Shown here one piece after another: positions 30,563-37,803 of a stretch of 64,000 bases of DNA. How positions within the stretch are numbered: position 1 is the first letter of the stretch; each line of letters opens with the position of its first letter. Both the position numbers and the translations under genes were made by a program. This DNA comes from a virus (taxonomy: Duplodnaviria > Heunggongvirae > Uroviricota > Caudoviricetes): IMG/VR virus record IMGVR_UViG_3300026549_001031, one strand, 5' to 3'. Under the pieces are notes generated by a model, which saw only the letters and a list, made by a program, of their open reading frames with translations, did not search any database and had not been told where the DNA came from.

Positions 30563-30982
30563 ATGGAACAGAAATTAAGAGCATTGATTAAAGAGGCTAT
30601 GCTTGAGAAAAACAAGAACAAGCAGGTAACTTACAAAAATATCCTTGAGACAGCACAAAAGACAGCTAAAAAGCAGGGTGCAAATGTAAAAGTTACAGAT
30701 GAAATGATTGTTAATGCAGCTAAAAGTGAGATTAAGCAGTTAAATGACTTGATTGTTTTTTGCAAGAATGATGCTGAAAGACTTGCAGTTGCAAAACAGA
30801 ACATTGAATACTGTGAGGCAATACTTCCTAAGATGGTAAGTGAGCAGGAGATTATTGATTATCTTACAGCTGAAAATGTAGAAAAGAACATGGGAAAATG
30901 TATGAAGGCACTGAAAAGTAAATTTGGTGCAAATCTTGATGGTAGAATGGCATCAGGAGTTGTAAAGAAATACATTGGATAA
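30563..30982 (+). CDS. GatB/YqeY domain protein
   Basis: IKEAM.EK, LPKMVSEQEI, NMGKCMKALK.K.GA..DGRMAS..VK. Confidence 0.85.
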   Translation: MEQKLRALIKEAMLEKNKNKQVTYKNILETAQKTAKKQGANVKVTDEMIVNAAKSEIKQLNDLIVFCKNDAERLAVAKQNIEYCEAILPKMVSEQEIIDYLTAENVEKNMGKCMKALKSKFGANLDGRMASGVVKKYIG

Positions 30983-31106
30983 AAGTAAGACAAGTAATGA
31001 TAGTTTGGAGAGAATCACTAAGAAACAAAGAGGTTAGACATACCTTAGTGATTCTCTCTTCTGTTGTATGTAGGGAGGACATTTTAAAACGTTAACAGTA
31101 AAGAAT

Positions 31107-31319
31107 ATGGATCCAGGATACATATTAGCAGAATTGTTTGGCAGAAAGTTTGTGGTTCAATTACCTATAGGAGTATTAAGAATACATGAGCTAAAAGAGG
31201 TAAGTGATGAGGGTTTTATAACTGCTATCTGTGAGATGAAAACAGGTGGACAGTATATAAGATATATTGACTTAACAGGAATAGTAAATACAATTAGAAT
31301 GGAAGCAGGCATATGTTAA
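31107..31319 (+). CDS. hypothetical protein
   Basis: ORF overlapping the start of the glycosylase gene. Confidence 0.5.
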   Translation: MDPGYILAELFGRKFVVQLPIGVLRIHELKEVSDEGFITAICEMKTGGQYIRYIDLTGIVNTIRMEAGIC

Positions 31320-32191
31320 AAGTACTGGACAGTAAAAATAAAATAATGAGACTTGTAGGGATTGATAAGAATGAGTTGGACTTGGATAAGACATTTGATT
31401 GCGGACAGGCATTCAGATGGCACAAGGAGGACTCAGGGGAGTGGGTAGGATTCATTGGAGACGGACTTGTGGTTTTAGGGCAAGGACAGTTTAAGGATAC
31501 AGGAGAGCATGGGTTAATTACAAACCTTACATCAGATAAAGAATTAGAACAGTTGGAAAATTATCTGGACTTGAGGATGAATTACTGTGACACAGTAGAT
31601 AAATTGGAGTTGGACAAGGTAGATGAGTTTGCATACAGTTGTTATATGAGAGGCAAGGGCATTCATATTTTAAGACAAGACCTTTTTGAAGTGATAGTCA
31701 CATTTCTAATGTCACAGTGTAATACAATGAGAAACATTAGAAACATAGTCAATACATTAAGTAAGAATTATGGAAAATATTCAGAAACAGAGTTTATGGG
31801 AAAGAGATACAGTGGGTACTCATTCCCTAGCTTAGAGAGGTTAAAGGATTGCACAGTAGAAGACTTTGAAACATGTAAAATGGGATTCAGAGCAGGGTAT
31901 TTATATAACTTCATACAGAAATGTTTGGAGGACAGTGAGTGGATAGATAAACTCAAGAGTGAAAATTATGAGACAGCAAAATTGGACTTGTTAGAAATTT
32001 CAGGCATAGGAGAAAAAGTAGCTAACTGTATATGTTTGTTTGGATTGCATCAAATATCAGCATTTCCTATTGATACTCACATAAAAAGAATAATTTATGA
32101 CAAATATAATGGAAACATTGACATTGGAAAATATGGAGATGTAGCAGGAATAATTCAGCAGTACATATACTATAATTCAGCTTTCATGTAA
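31313..32191 (+). CDS. ogg: 8-oxoguanine DNA glycosylase (OGG1-type, HhH-GPD)
   Basis: TFDCGQAFRW, GIHILRQDLFE, FPS, GFRA.Y, GIGEKVANCICLFG, FPIDTH. Confidence 0.9.
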   Translation: MLKVLDSKNKIMRLVGIDKNELDLDKTFDCGQAFRWHKEDSGEWVGFIGDGLVVLGQGQFKDTGEHGLITNLTSDKELEQLENYLDLRMNYCDTVDKLELDKVDEFAYSCYMRGKGIHILRQDLFEVIVTFLMSQCNTMRNIRNIVNTLSKNYGKYSETEFMGKRYSGYSFPSLERLKDCTVEDFETCKMGFRAGYLYNFIQKCLEDSEWIDKLKSENYETAKLDLLEISGIGEKVANCICLFGLHQISAFPIDTHIKRIIYDKYNGNIDIGKYGDVAGIIQQYIYYNSAFM

Positions 32192-32212
32192 GAATACAAA
32201 GGAGGCATTGAT

Positions 32213-32434
32213 ATGCAACAAGAAAGAGAAAGAAGGAATGAAAAAGGCATAGAGTTAATGCAGGTAATACTTGTGGAAATATTCAATGGAGACATTGATA
32301 AAATGTATGACATTTTATATAAAGAAAATCCTCATGTGTGGGCATACGGTGAGACAAATGAGCAGCGAATAAAGAATTATTGCATGTATAATTATGATAA
32401 GGTACTTAGGATTTTTATGAGAAAGAAAAAGTGA
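32213..32434 (+). CDS. hypothetical protein
   Basis: AGGAGG RBS. Confidence 0.65.
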   Translation: MQQERERRNEKGIELMQVILVEIFNGDIDKMYDILYKENPHVWAYGETNEQRIKNYCMYNYDKVLRIFMRKKK

Positions 32435-32477
32435 GAAAGCAGAGGGTAAAATTGAGCAGAAAGGTTGGGCATACAAA

Positions 32478-32765
32478 TTGAATGCTAATGCAAGAAAGTT
32501 TAAGGTATTAACAGGGAATAATGAGATTAAGACAGAGGATTCAGGGTTGGTTGTGTTTAGACTTGATACACAGGAGTATTTTTGCGGACTTAATAAGTTT
32601 GATAGACAACTTAGAAAGGCAAAGATATATCATAGCAAAAAATGGGCAGATGCAGCTGTAGAGTGGATTTTGGATAATAAAAAGGGAACACAAGCACAGG
32701 ATTTGATTGTTTTACCAGTGGATTTAAAGATTAACATTAACAAATTAGGAAATACAGACAGTTAG
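32478..32765 (+). CDS. hypothetical protein
   Basis: ORF track, TTG start. Confidence 0.55.
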   Translation: MNANARKFKVLTGNNEIKTEDSGLVVFRLDTQEYFCGLNKFDRQLRKAKIYHSKKWADAAVEWILDNKKGTQAQDLIVLPVDLKININKLGNTDS

Positions 32766-32882
32766 TGAGGGCAGCATAGAAAATAAAATGACTATATGCA
32801 TCAAATATAAAAATTAGCATAGTTTGTAACCTTAAAATATAATAAGAGTATTTATTATTTAATTAAAAGGAGTGTGTGGAAT

Positions 32883-33299
32883 ATGTTTGATATCTACAGA
32901 AACGAGAGTAAGAAAGCTACTACAGCAGTAGCAACAGGCACTAAATATGATGCATTTAAGCATATTACAAAGAAGATGGGACTTAACTTCACAGGTCAGG
33001 AACTTGATGAAACAGATGAATTTCTTGGTTTATTTTGCCCTAACACAGAAAAGGAAATGATCATGGCGCTTAAACTGGATAAGGCAGTAATGGTTGATAA
33101 GTGTACAGCAACTGTAACACTTGATCCTGAAGATGCAGATGACGAGGCAGTTGCAGAGAGTGAGGCAGTTAAGAAAGCTATGAGCAATCATAAGAATTCC
33201 TTCAATAAGGCAATCAAAAGATGGATGGTGGCAATCTTAAGTAAGATTAAATCAGTAAATCCTGAAGTATTTGCAGAGGCAGTTAAGCAGGTACAGTAG
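32883..33299 (+). CDS. hypothetical protein
   Basis: ATG downstream of AAGGAG. Confidence 0.7.
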   Translation: MFDIYRNESKKATTAVATGTKYDAFKHITKKMGLNFTGQELDETDEFLGLFCPNTEKEMIMALKLDKAVMVDKCTATVTLDPEDADDEAVAESEAVKKAMSNHKNSFNKAIKRWMVAILSKIKSVNPEVFAEAVKQVQ

Positions 33300-33318
33300 T
33301 TAAAAAGAGGAATACAGA

Positions 33319-33897
33319 ATGAATAAAATAGTAACATCTAAGAATAAGAAAGAGTTCAGTCAGTACTTATCATATATTCTCAGGCATAAGCCTGGGGATA
33401 TTGGTTTGGAACTTGCTGATGGTGGTTGGCTGCTTACAGATGAATTGATCAAAGCAATCAATGAAAAGTCAGGACATTGGAATATTGATCTTGATACGCT
33501 GAAAGATGTAGTTGCTACAGATAACAAACAGAGATACTCATTCAAAGAGGATTTCAAGTTTATTAGGGCAAATCAGGGGCATTCAGTTAAAAACCTTAAC
33601 ATGGGATATGTACCTGTTAAGGCACCTGATGAATTGTATCATGGCACTTCAGAAGAAAATTACAGTAAGATTAAAGATAGTGGGCGTATACTTCCTATGA
33701 GTAGACAGTATGTTCACTTATCACCTGATAAAGACACAGCAGCTAAAGTAGGAACTAGACATGGTAAATTAGTAATAATTGTCATTGATGCTAAGCAGAT
33801 GCAGTGTGATGATTTAGAGATCTACAAGTCTGAAAATGGGGTATATCTTACAAAAGAAGTTGATGTAAAATATATTAAAAATGTGTTGACAAAGTAG
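33319..33897 (+). CDS. kptA: RNA 2'-phosphotransferase (Tpt1/KptA)
   Basis: LSYILRH.P, KQRY, IRANQGHS, LYHGT, MSRQYVHLS, RHG, SENGVYL. Confidence 0.93.
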   Translation: MNKIVTSKNKKEFSQYLSYILRHKPGDIGLELADGGWLLTDELIKAINEKSGHWNIDLDTLKDVVATDNKQRYSFKEDFKFIRANQGHSVKNLNMGYVPVKAPDELYHGTSEENYSKIKDSGRILPMSRQYVHLSPDKDTAAKVGTRHGKLVIIVIDAKQMQCDDLEIYKSENGVYLTKEVDVKYIKNVLTK

Positions 33898-33914
33898 GCA
33901 AATTATGGTAATAT
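33886..33914 (+). promoter_or_regulatory. sigmaA-type promoter for the ncRNA/tRNA cluster
   Basis: TTGACA-17 nt-TAATAT with TG extension. Confidence 0.65.
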
Positions 33915-33921
33915 AGTATTT

Positions 33922-34231
33922 GGTAAGGGAGATAAGGAAAAGGAAGTAGTTGAGGCGTGTATCAATTACAAACCTTCTTTCAAAATGATGTTAATGTCCT
34001 AATTAAACCGAGGTAAAAAGTGTGAGAGGGCTTTATTTCCCTTACATGGAGCAGGTTGTACCTGGCAGATTGTCAGATATAACATTGAGATAAGTTAAGG
34101 AAGTTGATTTTTATATCACGCCTAGGTCAATGGTGGATGACACGGACTTCTACAATGGTTAATAAGTCTTATGTAGAGCAGAGGGCAGCCTTAAAAGGTA
34201 TGTTTGTTTTGCATAAGCGAACGGGTCTCAA
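33922..34231 (+). ncRNA. putative structured ncRNA(s), family unknown
   Basis: 15-bp closing stem 33923-33937/34031-34045; hairpins GTAGTTGA/TCAATTAC and GTTGTA-CTGGCA/TGTCAG-TATAAC; stem TTGAGAT/GTCTCAA; no ORF. Confidence 0.5.
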
Positions 34232-34242
34232 ATAAATAATAT

Positions 34243-34315
34243 TGCGGGGTGGAGCAGTTGGAAGCTCGCTAGGCTCATAACCTAGAGGTCACAGGTTCAA
34301 GTCCTGTCTCCGCTA
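34243..34315 (+). tRNA. tRNA-Met(CAT), initiator-like
   Basis: cloverleaf with D arm GAGC/GCTC, anticodon arm CTAGG-CTCATAA-CCTAG, T arm ACAGG-TTCAAGT-CCTGT; 1:72 mismatch; CCA not encoded. Confidence 0.93.
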
Positions 34316-34563
34316 CTTGGTCGGTGATTGAAAAGGACCTTGCTTGAGTAAGCACGGTGCATCAGTGAGATGACTTTAGGTCAGACAGAAAGGGCATCGG
34401 CTAGGAAAAAAGCGAAAACCACATTGCATTTATTTGCAAAGGGCAACTTGGTAATAGGATAACGGGAGGACAAAGTTAGTTTAACTACGGCTTGCGAAGG
34501 TTGCGTTTGCAGGAAGAAGGTCTAAGCCCGCGAGATGGGGAGAGCATCTAGGTTAAATTACCA
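34316..34563 (+). ncRNA. putative structured ncRNA(s), family unknown
   Basis: TTGGTCGGTG/CATCGGCTAG stem enclosing three hairpins; TGGTAAT/ATTACCA stem enclosing GGCTT/AAGCC and AGATG/CATCT; GC-richer than flanks. Confidence 0.5.
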
Positions 34564-34600
34564 TTACATAAAGATTAGGAGTTAGACTTAAAGCAATGAG

Positions 34601-34635
34601 GCATCTACACATGAAAAAGTGTGGGTGCTATTTTT
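34601..34635 (+). terminator. intrinsic terminator
   Basis: GCATCTACAC / GTGTGGGTGC stem plus TATTTTT. Confidence 0.7.
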
Positions 34636-34658
34636 AATGAAAAGGAGATCATTGGGAA

Positions 34659-34946
34659 ATGAGAAAAGACAGTGTAAAAGAGACAGCTGAAACAGAGGAA
34701 AAGACAGTATGCAAGAATGTGATGATTAACAGCATTGAGAAAGTAAAGCAGTTCTGTACAATTTCAAATGAGGCACCATTTGATGTGGACTTGATCAGTG
34801 GCAGATACACAATTGATGCTAAATCAATTATGGGTATCTTTAGTCTGAATCTTTCTAACCCTATCGAAATGGTTGCACATTGTGATATCACTTCAGATCA
34901 AGGAGAGAAATTCTTTAATGATATAGCAGGGTTTATTGTGGATTAA
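34659..34946 (+). CDS. HPr-family protein lacking His15 (Crh-like)
   Basis: VKQF.....FDVDLISGRYTIDAKSIMGIFSLNL; Ser46 motif kept, no GxHARPA. Confidence 0.8.
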   Translation: MRKDSVKETAETEEKTVCKNVMINSIEKVKQFCTISNEAPFDVDLISGRYTIDAKSIMGIFSLNLSNPIEMVAHCDITSDQGEKFFNDIAGFIVD

Positions 34947-34960
34947 GACTTGGGAGGTAA

Positions 34961-35215
34961 ATGATTATGCCTAGAAAATGTAACAGAATTAACTTGTATC
35001 ATAATGGATATGATATACAATTTTTAAACAATGAGGCAGAGGTAGAGAAATATATACGGAGTGTGATAGAACCTCATATGAATTTAGGTCCTAGAGTAAT
35101 GTATGATAAGACAATTCGTGGAGAAGATGGTACAAATCTAATTAAGACACGTATCATTAGATATAGATATGATACACTATATGAGGAAGACTTCTTCATT
35201 GATTATTTAGAGTAG
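34961..35215 (+). CDS. hypothetical protein
   Basis: GGGAGG RBS. Confidence 0.65.
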   Translation: MIMPRKCNRINLYHNGYDIQFLNNEAEVEKYIRSVIEPHMNLGPRVMYDKTIRGEDGTNLIKTRIIRYRYDTLYEEDFFIDYLE

Positions 35216-35603
35216 TACACAGAATAAAAACAGGACAAGCATTTAGCAGTAGCTAGTAACATAGTTACTGCTATTTTTATACATTAAATTGAAATTTGTT
35301 TGAAATGACCATAAATAGTTAAGCAGTAGGTAAAAATGCTGTTACACTAACTACAAACTAAATCGACGATATCACAGACATATATTTGAATAAGAAGTAT
35401 ATTTAATAATTTTTAATAAAAGAAAAAATTAGATTGATTGGAGGCATTGGAAGATGGGAATGGACATTGGTGTTGAGATAAACAATCCTAAAAAATGATT
35501 TCATGGTAGTTGTAAATAAGCTACTTGGAATAAATAATGAAGTAATCAGTAATAAAAACAGCAATGCAGCTAAAAAATTAGTTTAGTTAAGGAGGACAAA
35601 GTC

Positions 35604-36161
35604 ATGGGTGCAAAAAGAGTTGAGTATCAGATCGTAGGAAGATACATGGATGGTTCAGAGGTTACAGGATATCATTTACAGAGTCTTGAGACTGGAAAAG
35701 AAGGCAGGTATGATAGAGAGGCAATTGCATATCTTGTAGGTAGAGGACAGGTTACAAACTGTGAAGGACAGATCTACAAAGACAAGTTACTCTTGAGAGG
35801 TAAGGGCATGAGTCTGAATGACTTACCTGTAGTAAATGAGAAAGGTGATTTAAGAAATGCTGATGGACTTGGTAGAGTTAAGAGAGGTACAGCAGCAGGT
35901 AAGGCAATTACACAGTGTAACTTAGTTGGTAGCATTATAAATGGCAGAAATGTCGTTGGTTATGTACTTCAGAATTCTGGTGGTGGACAGAAACCATTTA
36001 AGAGAGAAGAGGTACTTGTAATGGCAAAAGCTGGACAGATTGGAAATGCTAGAGTACAGCAGTATCAGGGCAATATGATCCTTAAGGGAGTCAATTGTGA
36101 GTTAAGGAGTTTACCTAAGTATGATGCAAAGACAATGCAGCCTGTAACTGTAAGAGGTTAA
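35604..36161 (+). CDS. protein built from two copies of a GYxL...GQ(I/V)xN module
   Basis: internal repeat VTGYHLQS...RGQVTN / VVGYVLQN...AGQIGN. Confidence 0.75.
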   Translation: MGAKRVEYQIVGRYMDGSEVTGYHLQSLETGKEGRYDREAIAYLVGRGQVTNCEGQIYKDKLLLRGKGMSLNDLPVVNEKGDLRNADGLGRVKRGTAAGKAITQCNLVGSIINGRNVVGYVLQNSGGGQKPFKREEVLVMAKAGQIGNARVQQYQGNMILKGVNCELRSLPKYDAKTMQPVTVRG

Positions 36162-36238
36162 ATACATAGGTTGAGATTGAGAGTGCAGAGTTGTTCTTTT
36201 TAGGATACAGTGAAAATTGGGGATTTGGGGCATACAGA

Positions 36239-36271
36239 ATAGGCAGTCTGGTTTAGAGGCTGCCTATTTTT
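36239..36271 (+). terminator. intrinsic terminator
   Basis: ATAGGCAGTC / GGCTGCCTAT stem plus T-run. Confidence 0.7.
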
Positions 36272-36327
36272 GTGCTTTGTGATATAATAAGTATATTTAA
36301 TATTTATTTTTATGGGAGGATAGAGAA

Positions 36328-37110
36328 ATGAGTTTCGACATGAGAAATAGGGCGCATGAGCAGTATAAACTTATGAATAACTATTATGGAAAAGAGATTA
36401 AAGCATGTGTAGAAAAGACTAAGGTTTACAGAACAAAGGTAGAGGGCATTGATGAAAGAGTTGGACAAGGTCACTTTAGCAGAGTTCAGCGATTAGAGGA
36501 CTGTGGTACATCTGATGCAATTATGTCATGCACTAAAGCTCAAGGCAGGGTTGCAGCACTGAACTTCGCATCATTTAAGAATCCTGGCGGTGGCTTTATG
36601 AATGGAAGTAAAGCACAGGAAGAGATGTTATGTCATGATTCATTCTTGTACAACGTCTTAGAAAAAGAGACCAACTTCTATGAGGAAAATAGGAGAGATG
36701 TGAATAGGGGAATGTATTACAATGCTGCACTATATTCACCTGATGTTACATTTGTTGAGGCAGACACACGTGGAATTAAGAGAGAAAAGGCATGTGATAT
36801 TATTACATGCGCAGCACCTAATTGGTCAGCAGCAAGTAAAAATGGTATTAGCATAAGTGAATGTAATAAGGCATTAAGAGAAAGAATTGAGTTTATTTTA
36901 GATGTGGCACAGGCTAATCATGTTGACACATTGATTTTAGGAGCATTTGGCTGTGGCGTATTTAAGAATGATCCTAGGGTTGTGATTGAAACATTTGAAA
37001 AGACACTAAATAAAGAGAAATACACCATCAGAGAAGTAATATATGCAGTACCTAATAAGAAGAGTGACAACTATAAGGCATTCGATGCATACTTGAGTAA
37101 GGAGGAATAG
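36328..37110 (+). CDS. TIGR02452/DUF2263 bacterial-type PARG macrodomain protein
   Basis: LNFASFKNPGGGF.NGS.AQEE.LC, YSPDV, ITCAAPN, LILGAFGCGVFKNDP. Confidence 0.9.
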   Translation: MSFDMRNRAHEQYKLMNNYYGKEIKACVEKTKVYRTKVEGIDERVGQGHFSRVQRLEDCGTSDAIMSCTKAQGRVAALNFASFKNPGGGFMNGSKAQEEMLCHDSFLYNVLEKETNFYEENRRDVNRGMYYNAALYSPDVTFVEADTRGIKREKACDIITCAAPNWSAASKNGISISECNKALRERIEFILDVAQANHVDTLILGAFGCGVFKNDPRVVIETFEKTLNKEKYTIREVIYAVPNKKSDNYKAFDAYLSKEE

Positions 37111-37111
37111 C

Positions 37112-37474
37112 ATGGAAGATAAAGGGGATAAAAAAGAAGAGAAAGATGTGGACATGCTTTCACAGTTTTATACAAATGTGAATATGCCTTTGTACATTAT
37201 TGGTGTGATAATCAGCATAGTAGTATTGCTGGTTGGTGCAGAGTTGTTAAAGGGATATGAGCCTGTGGCATCAGGTTTAGCAACAATTTTGTTTGTGGTG
37301 TTTATGTATATTGCGTACAAAATTGGTTATAATAAAAGAAAGTATGATGGATTGAAACTCACAACAGCGAGTAAGGCAAAATACATTGTACTTACAGTAA
37401 TACTCATTCTTGGAATTTTAATTACAGTATCAATTATTGTTGGGATGATTGAGGTCAAAATGGTACTGCATTAA
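37112..37474 (+). CDS. membrane protein (3 predicted TM segments)
   Basis: three hydrophobic stretches. Confidence 0.7.
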   Translation: MEDKGDKKEEKDVDMLSQFYTNVNMPLYIIGVIISIVVLLVGAELLKGYEPVASGLATILFVVFMYIAYKIGYNKRKYDGLKLTTASKAKYIVLTVILILGILITVSIIVGMIEVKMVLH

Positions 37475-37475
37475 A

Positions 37476-37504
37476 TTGACAAAATGAGCAAAATATGATA
37501 TAAT
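37476..37504 (+). promoter_or_regulatory. perfect sigmaA promoter upstream of the 74-aa ORF and the repeat array
   Basis: TTGACA-17 nt-TATAAT with TG extension. Confidence 0.85.
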
Positions 37505-37535
37505 ATACACAAAAGACAGAAAGGAAAGAGGCATT

Positions 37536-37760
37536 ATGGAGAGAAGAGCATCTAGGGAGGTTAGTTTAACAGATAAAGAAAAAATTCAGCAGGAGTTTTT
37601 TGCAGATGAGCGTAAAGCTAATGAAGAAAGACATGGTGGGGTTTATGAGAAAGACCCGTTCTATTGGGGTTTATTCACTTCAGAACAGAAAGCACAGGAG
37701 CAGAGAGCATTAGCACGTAGAGAAAAGCGTCTGGCTCAACAGGCAGAGACACTTGATTAA
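37536..37760 (+). CDS. hypothetical protein immediately upstream of the array
   Basis: 74-aa charged ORF with RBS after promoter. Confidence 0.65.
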   Translation: MERRASREVSLTDKEKIQQEFFADERKANEERHGGVYEKDPFYWGLFTSEQKAQEQRALARREKRLAQQAETLD

Positions 37761-37803
37761 ACAGAGACACATAAGATAAAAAGTATAGCAGAGTACAAAA
37801 GAT

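Noticed and set aside
31313-32191. Possible Nop/IS110-like Tas protein because of the GIG helix-hairpin motif
   Set aside because: The remaining motifs identify it as an OGG1-type glycosylase; no ORF in the window shows a recognisable Nop or IS110 pattern.
33922-34563. tmRNA, RNase P RNA or SRP RNA
   Set aside because: Signature elements (tmRNA tRNA-like ends with tag ORF, RNase P GAGGAAAGUCC, SRP GGAA domain) were not found by eye.
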